Positions 28,276 through 38,354 of a stretch of DNA of 64,000 nt are shown here, piece by piece; within the stretch, counting starts at the first letter, position 1, and each line of letters begins with the position of its first letter. A program made the position numbers and the translations under genes. The notes beneath the pieces were generated by a model that was not told the origin of the DNA, searched no databases, and worked only from the letters and a program-made list of their open reading frames with translations. Source of the stretch: an uncultured delta proteobacterium (GTDB lineage Bacteria; Myxococcota_A; UBA9160; UBA4427); the NCBI GenBank assembly GCA_963822965.1, contig CAWGJT010000005.1, positions 544,001 through 608,000 of the forward strand, read 5' to 3'.

Positions 28276-29161
28276 CGTCGCCTGCCCCTTCCGCCGGGGA
28301 GTCCACCTTCCGGCCGTCTTCCGCCCCGTCCTGCTGCCCGCCGACCTCGCCGGCGTCGGCTCCGCCTGCGCCTTCGTCGTCGGCCTCGTCGTCGGCCTCG
28401 TCGTCGAAATAATAGAGGTCTTCCTCGCTCTCGGAAGCCTCCTCGGCGGCGGCCTCCGGCTCGGTTCCCAGCAGGCGGTGCTCGCGGTTCTGGAGGTAGG
28501 CGTTGCGGACGAAGACGTAGAAGTCGAACGCCTCCTCGCGGCTCTGGGCGATCTCCTCGAGGTAGATGGCACGCTTGTTGAGCAGCTCGGTGGCCCGGGC
28601 GGCGACTGGGACGTAGATGGGCACGAAGTACGAGTACACGCTGCCCATGGAGTCCACCCCGAGGCCCACGGTGTCCCGCACCGTCGAGGCCCCCAGGATG
28701 GGCAGGACGAGGTAGGGCCCCTGGGGCGCCCCCCAGTGGCCCAGGGTGAGCCCGAAGTCCTCCGGGTGGTGGGGCCAGTCGACCTTCGACGCCACGTCCA
28801 CGAAGCCGGCAATCCCCACCGTGGAGTTCAGCACGAAGCGCCAGATCTCCAGGTAGCCGTGCTCGATCTCGCCCTGCAGCAGGTTGTTCGCGATGAAGAC
28901 GGGCGCCCGGAGGTTCTCGAAGAAGTTCGCGATGCCGGTCTGCGCGAACTCCGGTAGCACGAAGTCCCAGCCCTTCGCGACGGGCTCGACCACCCAGCGA
29001 TCGGCCGTCTCGTTGAACGCGAAGGTTCCGCGGTTCACCTTCTCCCACGGGTCCGGCCCGCCGGACGTCGAGCAGCCGAAGGCGCCGGCCCAAGTCGCCG
29101 CACAGGCGACGAGCACGAGGGTCCTCCGGAGACGCGTCCTGCGCCGGGGTGCGGGCTCCAT
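28259..29161 (-). CDS. mlaA: MlaA/VacJ lipoprotein with acidic C-terminal tail
   Basis: Lipobox AFGC, DPWEKVNR..FAFN, RFVLNSTVG, EDFGLTLG.WG..GPYLVLP. Confidence 0.92.
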   Translation of the reverse strand: MEPAPRRRTRLRRTLVLVACAATWAGAFGCSTSGGPDPWEKVNRGTFAFNETADRWVVEPVAKGWDFVLPEFAQTGIANFFENLRAPVFIANNLLQGEIEHGYLEIWRFVLNSTVGIAGFVDVASKVDWPHHPEDFGLTLGHWGAPQGPYLVLPILGASTVRDTVGLGVDSMGSVYSYFVPIYVPVAARATELLNKRAIYLEEIAQSREEAFDFYVFVRNAYLQNREHRLLGTEPEAAAEEASESEEDLYYFDDEADDEADDEGAGGADAGEVGGQQDGAEDGRKVDSPAEGAGDGGTNE

Positions 29162-29175
29162 CTGCCTTTCCGGGA

Positions 29176-29631
29176 TCAATCCTCGAGCGCGTCGCCGTGG
29201 ACGAGGCGTCCCACGAGCTTGTCGAGGCTGAGGGCACTCTCGGTGTAGGTGAACGTCTCGCCGGGCTTCATCAGCTGGTCTTCGGCACCGGGCTCGAGCG
29301 AGACGAACTGGTCGCCCAGCAGCCCCGCCGTGCGGATCGCCGCCGACGAATCGATGGGCAGCTGGATCCGCGGATCGAGGTCCAGGGAGACCCGGGCGCG
29401 CAGATCGTCGTCGAGCCCGATGGACGAGACCTGTCCCACCTTGACGCCGGAGATCTTGACCGGGGATCGCTCGGACAGGCCGCCGACGTCGTCGAACACC
29501 GCGACGAGCTCGAAGCCGCCCTCCCCCAGGTAGGAGACACCGCCGATCTGGGCCGACAGGTACCCGACGGCCAGTAGGCCCGCGAGCACGAAGAGACCGA
29601 CGATGAAGTCGCGCGTGGTGGTCGTCTGCAT
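29176..29631 (-). CDS. mlaD: MlaD MCE protein
   Basis: VGLFVLAG, FDDVGGL..SPVKISGVKVG, TAGLLGDQFV. Confidence 0.92.
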   Translation of the reverse strand: MQTTTTRDFIVGLFVLAGLLAVGYLSAQIGGVSYLGEGGFELVAVFDDVGGLSERSPVKISGVKVGQVSSIGLDDDLRARVSLDLDPRIQLPIDSSAAIRTAGLLGDQFVSLEPGAEDQLMKPGETFTYTESALSLDKLVGRLVHGDALED

Positions 29632-29655
29632 GTTCCTCTACTCCCGGCGTCCGGC

Positions 29656-30435
29656 CTAGACGCCCCAGAAGGCGGTGATGACGTAGTCCGTGAGAAGCAG
29701 CCATACGGAGGTGGTCACCACCGTCGAGGTGGTGGACCGAGAGACCCCCGCCGCGTGGGGCGGGCTCGTGTAGCCGCGATAGGTGGCGATGACGCCGAGC
29801 AGCACGCCGAAGACCGCCGCCTTGACGAGGCTCTGCAGCACGTCGTCGCCGAACTCCACGGCGTTCTCGAGGCTCGACATGTAGCTGCCGCCGTCGAGAC
29901 CGACGAGATGCACCCCCACCACGTAGCCGCCGAAGATGCCGAACACGATGAAGAGGGACGAGAGCAGCGGCATCACCAGGGCCAGGGCCAGGGCCTTGGG
30001 CATCACCACGAAGTGCATCGGGTCGACGGACATCATGCGCAGACCGTCGAGCTGCTCGGTGGACACCATGGCGCCGATCTCGGCGGTGGTGGCCGAGCCC
30101 GCACGGCCAATCACCAGCAGTCCGGTGAAGACCGGCCCCAGCTCGCGAATCAGCACGAGACCCACCACGGCGCCCAGGGATTCCTGGGCGCCGAAGCGCA
30201 CCAGGGTCGTGTAGCCCTGCAGGCCGAGCACCATGCCCACCGCGAAGCCCGCGCCGCAGATCAGGGCGATCGACAGGACGCCGGCGTCGTAGACCGCCCG
30301 GACCATGCGCTGCACCCGCACGGGCGGGCGGAAGACGGCTCGGCCGATGCCGCCCGCGAAGGCCGCGATGCGGCCGAGCCCGACGATCCACTCCGACGCG
30401 TAGGCACCCAGGCGCTCCGGCGACAGGAAGCTCAT
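29656..30435 (-). CDS. mlaE: MlaE ABC permease
   Basis: GMVLGLQG, RELGPV, GRAGSA.TAEIG.M..TEQLD. Confidence 0.93.
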   Translation of the reverse strand: MSFLSPERLGAYASEWIVGLGRIAAFAGGIGRAVFRPPVRVQRMVRAVYDAGVLSIALICGAGFAVGMVLGLQGYTTLVRFGAQESLGAVVGLVLIRELGPVFTGLLVIGRAGSATTAEIGAMVSTEQLDGLRMMSVDPMHFVVMPKALALALVMPLLSSLFIVFGIFGGYVVGVHLVGLDGGSYMSSLENAVEFGDDVLQSLVKAAVFGVLLGVIATYRGYTSPPHAAGVSRSTTSTVVTTSVWLLLTDYVITAFWGV

Positions 30436-31247
30436 CGACTGCCTCCGGCGGCGATGTGCTGCGCGAGGCTCGCGCCGTCGGCGCCCAGGAACTCCTTGAT
30501 CTCCGAGTCGCTGCTGGTCGCGAGCGAATCGGGCGTGCCCGTAACGGCGCGGCCGTGGCGCAGCAACACGATCTGGTCGCTCATCCGCAGCGACGAGGCC
30601 ATGTGGTGCGAGGTGACGATCAGGGTGAGACCCCGCGTGCGGCAGAGCTCGCCGAAGAGCTCCTCGATGCGGTCCACGTTCGGCGGATCGAGGCCGGAGA
30701 AAGGCTCGTCGCAGAGCACGATCTCGGGATCCATGATGATGGCGCGCGCCAGAGCCACCCGGCGCAGCATGCCGCCGGACAGCTGTCCCGGCAGCAGCTC
30801 GTCCACGCCCTCCAGGCCCACCGCCTCGAGGCGTTCGTGGATGGCGTCACGAATCTCCCCCTCGCCCATCTTCGTGCGCTCGCGCAGCGGCAGCCCGACG
30901 TTCTCGAAGACGGTCATCGAGTCCATCAGCGCGCCGTGCTGGAAGAGCATGCCCAACCGGCGCCGCACCCGCTGGACCTCGCCTTCGGGCAGCGCCGCCA
31001 CGTCGTCCCCGGCCACCAGCACGCGCCCCGCGTCGGGGCGCAGCAGCCCGCCGATCATCCGCAGCACGGTGCTCTTGCCGGAGCCGCTGCCGCCCATCAG
31101 CACGGTGATCCGGGCCCGCGAGAAGCGGCAGGAGAGATCCTCGAAGATCGCCCGTTCGCCGAAGGCGAGCCGGACCGAATCGAGCTCGACGTGGACGGCG
31201 GGGTCGAGCTCCACTCGGACGGCGTCTGCAGCCTGCGATTCCCTCAC
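30432..31247 (-). CDS. mlaF: MlaF ABC ATPase
   Basis: [23 protein letters not shown]; adjacent to mlaE. Confidence 0.92.
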   Translation of the reverse strand: MRESQAADAVRVELDPAVHVELDSVRLAFGERAIFEDLSCRFSRARITVLMGGSGSGKSTVLRMIGGLLRPDAGRVLVAGDDVAALPEGEVQRVRRRLGMLFQHGALMDSMTVFENVGLPLRERTKMGEGEIRDAIHERLEAVGLEGVDELLPGQLSGGMLRRVALARAIIMDPEIVLCDEPFSGLDPPNVDRIEELFGELCRTRGLTLIVTSHHMASSLRMSDQIVLLRHGRAVTGTPDSLATSSDSEIKEFLGADGASLAQHIAAGGSR

Positions 31248-31518
31248 GACCGCCAGCGGTCCCCCCGGCGGCCGAGGTTAACCCGGATCATGGGTGAAGT
31301 CCGTCGCGAGTGCGCAGAAAGCGCCGGGACGCCCGGCGTCGCAACGACCCTGCCGCCGGCGCGCCCGGACGGCCGCGCGACGGGTCCGACGCAACTCGAC
31401 AACAGCGTTCCGGCTGCCACCATCCCCTCCGGGCCCTGCATCCCCTTTGCGCGGCGCCCTCGCTCGGGCGCGCGGTCCGGGGATCGCATCGGCTGCATCG
31501 GCATACGGGAGCCTCTCC

Positions 31519-32340
31519 ATGAAGCTCGGCATCAACGTGCGCGTGATGGGCGAGGCCGCGCAGGCCGCGACGCTCCTCGAGTGCGCGCGTCATGCCGAGG
31601 ACGCCGGCCTCGACGAGCTCTGGGTGGCGGATCACGTGGCAATTCCGCCGGACGACGCCGACGGCTCGGACGGCCGCTACCTCGACCCCCTCTCCACCCT
31701 GGCCTGGCTCGCCGGCGCCACCCGACACATCGGACTCGGAACCAGCGTGCTGATCCTGCCGTACCGCCCCGCCCTGCCCACCGCAAAGGCCGTGGCCACG
31801 ATCCAGGAGCTGTCCGGGGGTCGCCTCAGCCTGGGCGTCGGCGTCGGCTGGATGGACGCGGAGTTCCGCGCCCTGGGCGTGGACCGCCATCGGCGCGGGC
31901 CCATCGCGGACCGCACCCTCGACCTGCTGCGCCGGTGCTTCGACACCCCGGACGACGTGGTGATGGAGAATGGGCAGCGCTTCTACTTCCGGCCCCGGCC
32001 GGCGCGCCCCCCGATCCTGGTGGGCGGCGCGCCGCCCCACGCGCTCGCGCGCGCGGTCCGCTACGGCGACGGCTGGATGCCCATGTCGGCCGACCCGGAT
32101 CGCCTGGCTCCAGCGATCGAGAGGCTCCACGCGATGGCCACCGAGGCGGGCATCCCGCGACCGGAGGTCGCCTGTCTGGGAGGGCTTCCGGGGGACCGGG
32201 ACGAAGCCGTGCGCGCCCTCCGGCGGCTCGCCAACATGGGCGTGACGCGCTTTCTCACGGGCGCCCGCTACGCCGCAGACACGGCCCCCTTCCGCCGGAG
32301 CGTCGACGCGCTGGTGGCCGCGGGGCGCGGGCTCGCATAG
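31519..32340 (+). CDS. LLM class (probably F420-dependent) oxidoreductase
   Basis: LWVADHV, GTSVLILPYR, SGGRLSLGVGVGW, GDGW. Confidence 0.88.
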   Translation: MKLGINVRVMGEAAQAATLLECARHAEDAGLDELWVADHVAIPPDDADGSDGRYLDPLSTLAWLAGATRHIGLGTSVLILPYRPALPTAKAVATIQELSGGRLSLGVGVGWMDAEFRALGVDRHRRGPIADRTLDLLRRCFDTPDDVVMENGQRFYFRPRPARPPILVGGAPPHALARAVRYGDGWMPMSADPDRLAPAIERLHAMATEAGIPRPEVACLGGLPGDRDEAVRALRRLANMGVTRFLTGARYAADTAPFRRSVDALVAAGRGLA

Positions 32341-32359
32341 CGACTCGACCCGGCGGGCT

Positions 32360-33160
32360 TCAGGCGGCGAGGAACGCGGCGATCTTCTCGAAGGCGCTCG
32401 GGTCCTGGATCAGGAACAGGTGCCCCCCCTCGAAGAGCTCGAGGCGCGCGCCGGGAATCGCCCCCGACAGGGCCCGCTGGTTGTCCGGTGGCGCGATGCC
32501 GTCGTAGCGCCCGCCGCACACGTAGACCGGCACCTCGATTCCGGGCAGCCGATCCCAGGTGTCGTGGCCGGCACGGGCCTCGAGCTGCAGGCGCTGTCCC
32601 TCGGCACGGCCGGCCTCGCCGGCGCCGACGCTCGCGCGGGTGGCGACGATCTGGACGAGCTTCGCGGCGGCGTCCGGGTGGGCCGCGCGCCAGGCCGCGT
32701 CGCAGCGGGTGTCCGAGAGCTCGATGGTGCGAAGGGTGCGCTCGTGATCGGGGAGCGCCTGCAGCTCGTGCAGGGGGTACGAAGGTCTTCCCGCGCCGCC
32801 GCTCGACGTGCACGCGAGCACCAGCCGCTCCACGCGTTCCGGATGCCGAACGGCCAGCTCCTGGGCGACCATGCCGCCGAAGGAGACGCCCATCACGCGA
32901 CAGCGATCCCAGCCCACCGCGTCGAGGAGCGCCGCCGCGTCCTCCCCGTAATCGGCCATCGAGTAGGGTCCAGGCGGCCGTTCGCTGCGGCCGAGCCCGC
33001 GCTGGTCGTAGGAGAGCACCTCGAAGTGCCGGACCAGCGGTCCGTCGAAGACGCCCGGCTTCTGCCGCAGATCGCCGCCGCTGCCGCCGATGAAGAGCAG
33101 GCGCGGGCCGGCTCCGTGAATCTCGTAGTAGACGTCGATGCCGCGGACCCGGGCCTTCAC
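32360..33160 (-). CDS. Alpha/beta fold hydrolase
   Basis: YDQRGLGRS, GVSFGG, GGHLF. Confidence 0.9.
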   Translation of the reverse strand: MKARVRGIDVYYEIHGAGPRLLFIGGSGGDLRQKPGVFDGPLVRHFEVLSYDQRGLGRSERPPGPYSMADYGEDAAALLDAVGWDRCRVMGVSFGGMVAQELAVRHPERVERLVLACTSSGGAGRPSYPLHELQALPDHERTLRTIELSDTRCDAAWRAAHPDAAAKLVQIVATRASVGAGEAGRAEGQRLQLEARAGHDTWDRLPGIEVPVYVCGGRYDGIAPPDNQRALSGAIPGARLELFEGGHLFLIQDPSAFEKIAAFLAA

Positions 33161-33403
33161 GATTCGATCCTCGTCCCTCTCCGACTCCGGGATGCTCCCC
33201 GATCGCACCCCGCTTCACAAATGCGCCGGCCCGCACGCGGGCCACGCGGCCATCGGACCACCGGGCTCGATGCAGGCAGGCCGACGCCGCCCTACCCTCG
33301 CGTCCCGCGGGCTCGCCGGGGTGCGCGCACGACGCCCGTCCTGCGAACCTCCCGCCCGCGAAGCGGGTCCAATCCCCGTCCCCTCCTCTCCGAGGTCGAG
33401 CCG

Positions 33404-34636
33404 TTGCAGCCCGCACATCCGGCCCTCGCAAGGCCCCGAGCCTCCCGCCGGCGGGCCAGCGGGCTGCCGCGCGGCGGGCTCGCCGCCTGCGTCGCGGCGG
33501 CGATGCTGGCGCTGCACTGCTCCTCGGAGGATGCGGAGCAGGCCGCGTTCACCACCGCAGCCGTCACCCGGGGCGCGGTGGCCGCCCGGGTCACGGCCAC
33601 CGGCACGCTCTCGCCCAGCATCGAGGTGCAGGTGGGCAGCCAGGTGACCGGCCGCATCCAGGAGCTGCTCGTCGACTTCAACTCCACGGTGCATGCGGGC
33701 CAGGTGATCGCGCGCATCGACCCCCGTCTCTTCGAGGCCGAGGTGGCCAAGGCGCGTGCGAGCCGGCTCGCCGCCCGGGCCGCGGTCAAGCGGGCGGAGG
33801 CCGATGTCCGGGACACCCAGCGCAAGTCCGAGCGCGCCGCCGCCCTGTCCTCCAGGGGCGGCGGGTCCGAGGCCGAGGCGGATTCGGCCCTCGCCGCCTA
33901 CGACGCCGCCCGAGCCAGCCTGGCTTCCGCGCAGGCGAGCCTGGCCGTGGCCGAAGCGGTGCTCGGCCAGGCGGAGACGAACCTCGGCTACACGACCATC
34001 GTCTCGCCCATCGACGGCATCGTCATCTCGCGCGACGTGGACGTCGGGCAGACGGTCACCGCCTCCCTGCAGACGCCGACGCTCTTCACGATCGCCGGCG
34101 ACCTGCGCAAGATGGAGGTGCACACCAACGTCGCCGAGGCGGACGTCGGTCGGCTCACCACCGGCATGGGCGTGGAGTTCAGCGTGGACGCGTTCCCTCT
34201 CGAGCGCTTCCGGGGGGTCGTCAAGGAGGTGCGTTACGCGCCCCAGACCGTGCAGAACGTGGTGACCTACGATGCGGTGGTCTCGGTGGAGAACGCCGGG
34301 CTCGAGCTGCGCCCGGGCATGACCGCCGACGTCTCGTTCCTCGTGGCGGAGCGCGAGGACGTGATGCTGGTGCCCAACGCGGCGCTGCGCTTCGTGCCGC
34401 CCGAGGCCGTTCTCGAGCGCGTGGGCACGCCGCCCGCCGCCTCGGGACCGCACCGGATCGTCTGGACGCTCGACCCGAACGACGGCCTGCGACCGGTGCA
34501 GGTGAAGATCGGCATCACCGACGGACGCTCGACGGAGATCCTCGAAGGCCTCACCGAGGGCCAGCAGGTGGTGGTCGGCTCCGGCGGCGGCGAGGAGGAG
34601 CGGGCCGGCCGGCCGCGCTTCGGACACATCCTTTGA
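33404..34636 (+). CDS. MacA-like periplasmic adaptor (efflux membrane fusion protein); start approximate
   Basis: [24 protein letters not shown]...[20 protein letters not shown]. Confidence 0.9.
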   Translation: MQPAHPALARPRASRRRASGLPRGGLAACVAAAMLALHCSSEDAEQAAFTTAAVTRGAVAARVTATGTLSPSIEVQVGSQVTGRIQELLVDFNSTVHAGQVIARIDPRLFEAEVAKARASRLAARAAVKRAEADVRDTQRKSERAAALSSRGGGSEAEADSALAAYDAARASLASAQASLAVAEAVLGQAETNLGYTTIVSPIDGIVISRDVDVGQTVTASLQTPTLFTIAGDLRKMEVHTNVAEADVGRLTTGMGVEFSVDAFPLERFRGVVKEVRYAPQTVQNVVTYDAVVSVENAGLELRPGMTADVSFLVAEREDVMLVPNAALRFVPPEAVLERVGTPPAASGPHRIVWTLDPNDGLRPVQVKIGITDGRSTEILEGLTEGQQVVVGSGGGEEERAGRPRFGHIL

Positions 34637-35368
34637 GCCGAGGTGCGTCGGCGCTGGTGGACGCCCGGGACCTCGAGAAGGTCTATCGGGCGGGCGACGT
34701 CGCAGTGCACGCCCTGCGCGGGGTGAGCCTTCGGATCGAGGCGGGCGAGTCCGTCGCCATCATGGGCAGCTCGGGGTCTGGCAAGTCCACCCTGATGAAC
34801 ATCCTCGGCTGCCTGGATCGTCCGACCCGCGGCAGCTACCGGCTGGCGGGGGAGGAGGTGGCGCAGCTCGGCCGCGACCGGCTCGCCGAGATCCGCAACC
34901 GCGTCGTGGGCTTCGTCTTCCAGGGCTTCCACCTGCTGCCCCGCACGAGCGCGCTCGAGAACGTGGAGCTGCCGCTCCTCTACGCCGGGCTCCCCGGCCC
35001 GAGACGCCGCGAGCGCGCCGCACAGGCCCTGGAGCGGGTCGGTCTCGGCGACCGCCTCCAGCACCTGCCCGAGCCAGCTCTCCGGGCGGGCAGCAGCAGC
35101 GCGTGGCCATCGCCCGCGCGCTGGTGAGCGAGCCCCGCCTGATCCTGGCGGACGAGCCCACGGGCAACCTGGACTCGCGCACGAGCCTCGAGATCATGGG
35201 GATCTTCGCCGGCCCTCGAGCGGACGGGGATCACGGTGGTGCTCGTGACCCACGAGGCGCGAGATCGCGGCGGCCGCGTCGCGGATCGTCGAGATCCGGG
35301 ACGGCCGCATCGTCTCGGACCAGCCGCGGGACGCCCGGACGGCCGACCCGAACGGGGGTGCGGCGTGA
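34633..35368 (+). CDS. MacB/LolD-like ABC ATPase, four apparent +1 frameshifts (about 35070, 35085, 35210, 35260)
   Basis: [34 protein letters not shown] and VLVTHE recovered across frames. Confidence 0.85.
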
Positions 35369-36595
35369 ACGCCCTTCAGATCGTGCTCGTGGCCGTGCGC
35401 GCCCTGCTGCGCAACAAGATGCGCTCGATCCTGACGGCCCTCGGCGTGGTGATCGGGGTCGCGGCGGTGGTCGCGATGACGTCCATCGGCGCCGGCGCGC
35501 GGGCCCGGGTACAGCAGACCTTCGAATCCATGGGCACCAACCTGCTCATCGTCCGCTCCGGCTCGAGCCAGACGGGCGGCGTCCGCGGCGGCGCCGGATC
35601 GCAGCCCACCCTCACCTTCGACGACCTCGCGGCCATCGAGCAGCAGCTGCCCGACGTGGAGTCGGTGGCGCCCGTCCTCGTCAAGCCCGTGCAGCTGGTG
35701 GCGGAGGGGCAGAACTGGGCCTCCGCGGCCCAGGGCACGACGCCGGCGTTGTTCAAGCTGCGCAACTGGTCGGTGGGCCTGGGCACCTTCTTCGGGCCCG
35801 AGGACGTCGCGCGGGGCGCCAAGGTCGCCGTGCTGGGCGCCACGGTGGCGGAGAATCTCTTCGGCGCGTATGCGAACCCGGTGGGGCAGCTCGTGCGGGT
35901 GGACAACGTTCCCTTCGAGGTCGTGGGCGTGGCCGCGCGGAAGGGGCCGTCGCTCTTCGGCTCGGACCAGGACGACGTGGTCTTCGTCCCGCTCTCCACC
36001 TTCCGCGCGCGCCTGCAGGGCGGACTCGGCCAGTTCCTGGACGGCACCCTCTTCGTGGGGGCGCGCCCGAGCGCCGGCACCGAGGCCGTCGAGAAGGAGA
36101 TCACGCGCTGCTGCGGGCGCAGCACCGGCTGCGGCCGGGGGAGCCGGACGACTTCACCGTGCGGAACCTCGGGGAGATCTCCGCCGCGCAGCAGGAGGGC
36201 GCCGCGGACGCTCACGTCGCTGCTGGCGGGCATCGCGCTGGTGAGCCTCGTCGTGGGCGGCATCGGCATCATGAACATCATGCTGGTCAGCGTGAAGGAG
36301 CGGACGCGGGAGATCGGCCTGCGCATGGCCGTGGGCGCCAAGCCGCGCAACGTCCTCGCGCAGTTCCTGGTGGAATCGGTGACGCTCTCGACGATCGGCG
36401 GCCTGCTGGGCGTCGCCGTGGGCCTGGGCGCCGCGGCCGCGGCTCGCCGCCCGCTTCGACTGGCCCGTGCTCGTGCAGCCGGCAGTGGTGGCGATCGCGC
36501 TGGTCTCGAGCGCGGTGGTGGGCGTGGGCTTCGGTCTCTACCCCGCCTACCAGGCCTCGCGCCTGGACCCCATCCAGGCGCTGCGATACGAGTGA
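35365..36595 (+). CDS. MacB/FtsX-like ABC permease, frameshifts near 36105, 36200, 36440
   Basis: [38 protein letters not shown], terminal [16 protein letters not shown] in a shifted frame. Confidence 0.85.
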
Positions 36596-36639
36596 GCCGC
36601 CGCACGCCGGGCCGGGTTCGCCGGGCCGCGGCGCGGCGA

Positions 36640-37710
36640 TCACACCGGGCGACGCGCGCACGAGACGGCGATGGGCTCGTGGTCGGAGAGCGGCCGACCG
36701 TCGTCGGGATGCGCGCCTTCGAGCACCGCGGGATCGCTGCACACGAGGCCCCGGGCCAGGAACCAGTCGAGCTTGAGGCCGCCGCGCGCCGAGGCGTCGT
36801 CCGTGGCCACGCGGTGGGTGGCCTCGCGCATCACGTTGCACTCCTCCCAGGAGAAGCCGCGGTCGCGAGCCAGCTCGAAGAGGGGCTCGTAGGGCACCGG
36901 GTGGAGCAGTCGTCCGCGGTCGCGCTCGAGCGCCGCGCGAAGCCGCGCGAGCTCCGCCAGATCGTCCTGGCCGAGGGAGAACGTGTTCAGGTCTCCGCCG
37001 ATCAGCACCGGTGCCGCCGGCGCGTAGACCTCGACGGCGGCCAGCAGCTCGCGCATCTGGGCGGCGCGCTGGGCCGGATCGCTGTGGCTCTCGAGGTGCA
37101 CCGACACCACCGTCACGGGATCCCCGTCGAGTCGCCAGGTGGCCAGGACCGCGATGCGGCCCCCAACGCGGGGCTCGCCGCGCTCCTCCGCCAGCCAGGC
37201 GCCGCTTCGCTCGAGCCGGACCACCACCGGCCGCTCGAGAGGCGAGCGACTCAGGATGGCGGAGCCGTGCAGCCCCTCGCGGTTCGCGCGGCCCGCCAGG
37301 CCGGCGCGCTCGCCCGGGCTGCCGAGCCCGAGCTCGACGTACTCGACGCCGTAGACGCAGCCGAGGCCCAGGGCGAGGCCCAGCTCCCAGGCGGTGTGCC
37401 GGTTGCCCGAGCGGGCCATGCCCAGGTCCATCTCGCTGAGGAGCACCACGTCGGGATCCTGCCCGCGCAGGACGCGCGCGAGTGCGGGGACGTCGCGGCC
37501 GCGCTCCGCGTTCCAGGCCACCACCCGGGCCCGCCCGCGCGCCGGCCCGGGCTTCGGCGGAGGGGCCACCTGCACCTGGTGGAGACAGGCGATCTCGTCG
37601 TACCAACGGGCGTGGCTGGCGGCGTCCCGACCGCCGCGCAGGATGGCGGCGCGCGTCTCGGCCGGAACCGGAGAGAGGGAAGCTCGAACGCGTTCTTCGA
37701 TGGAGGCCAT
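36640..37710 (-). CDS. Endonuclease/exonuclease/phosphatase family protein
   Basis: AWNAERG, LSEMD, SVHLE, GGDLNT, KLDW, SDH. Confidence 0.88.
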   Translation of the reverse strand: MASIEERVRASLSPVPAETRAAILRGGRDAASHARWYDEIACLHQVQVAPPPKPGPARGRARVVAWNAERGRDVPALARVLRGQDPDVVLLSEMDLGMARSGNRHTAWELGLALGLGCVYGVEYVELGLGSPGERAGLAGRANREGLHGSAILSRSPLERPVVVRLERSGAWLAEERGEPRVGGRIAVLATWRLDGDPVTVVSVHLESHSDPAQRAAQMRELLAAVEVYAPAAPVLIGGDLNTFSLGQDDLAELARLRAALERDRGRLLHPVPYEPLFELARDRGFSWEECNVMREATHRVATDDASARGGLKLDWFLARGLVCSDPAVLEGAHPDDGRPLSDHEPIAVSCARRPV

Positions 37711-37831
37711 CCGCTGGCCGGGAAGCTAGCTGAGGAAGCCCGTTGGGCTCCCTTTGCGGAGGAACCGCGACCCATCCTGGGACTAGCAAGCCCCCTCAAG
37801 CCGGAATGCCCGCCCACCGATCCCCCCCAAC

Positions 37832-38212
37832 ATGTCCCGTGCGTCCAACCCGGACCGGCGCCAGCTCGGCCGGCGCTTTCGACCGCTGAGCTGCGAGATC
37901 GAGCTCGCCGGCAAGACGCATTCCGGGGTCATCCGGGACCTGAGCCCCCAGGGCCTGTTCGTCACCATGCGCTTCGAGGCCGCCCCGGGCACCCCGGTGC
38001 TGGTGCGGGTCCGCAGACCGGGAGGCGAGATCTGGGAGATCTCGGCCACCACGGCGCGGGTCGCCGACGGCGCTCGGGCGCTCATCTCCCGTCGGGGTCT
38101 GGGCCTGGTGATCGAGGAGGCGCCCGCCGCCTTCCATGAGTTCGTCTCCGCGCTGGGAGGCTTCGGCAGGGCCACGCTCGCCGAAGACGAGCCGGACGAG
38201 GGCGACGCCTAG
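37832..38212 (+). CDS. Stand-alone PilZ domain protein
   Basis: RRQLGRR (RxxxR-like) and DLSPQG (DxSxxG). Confidence 0.75.
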   Translation: MSRASNPDRRQLGRRFRPLSCEIELAGKTHSGVIRDLSPQGLFVTMRFEAAPGTPVLVRVRRPGGEIWEISATTARVADGARALISRRGLGLVIEEAPAAFHEFVSALGGFGRATLAEDEPDEGDA

Positions 38213-38354
38213 CTCGTGTCCTGTCCCAGAAGTTCGCTTGCATTCGGCCGCCCCGCGGCCCGCTGCCAGCGTTGCGCTCAGGCTGGCTTCGCCGATCCGC
38301 GAGGGCTGGCAGGGCCTGCGGCACGCGGAAGGCGCGCTGAATGACGCATCGGGG

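Noticed and set aside
34633..36595. Programmed frameshifting or true pseudogenes in the MacB-like genes
   Set aside because: Multiple scattered indels, no slippery sites, conserved motifs intact; error is more parsimonious
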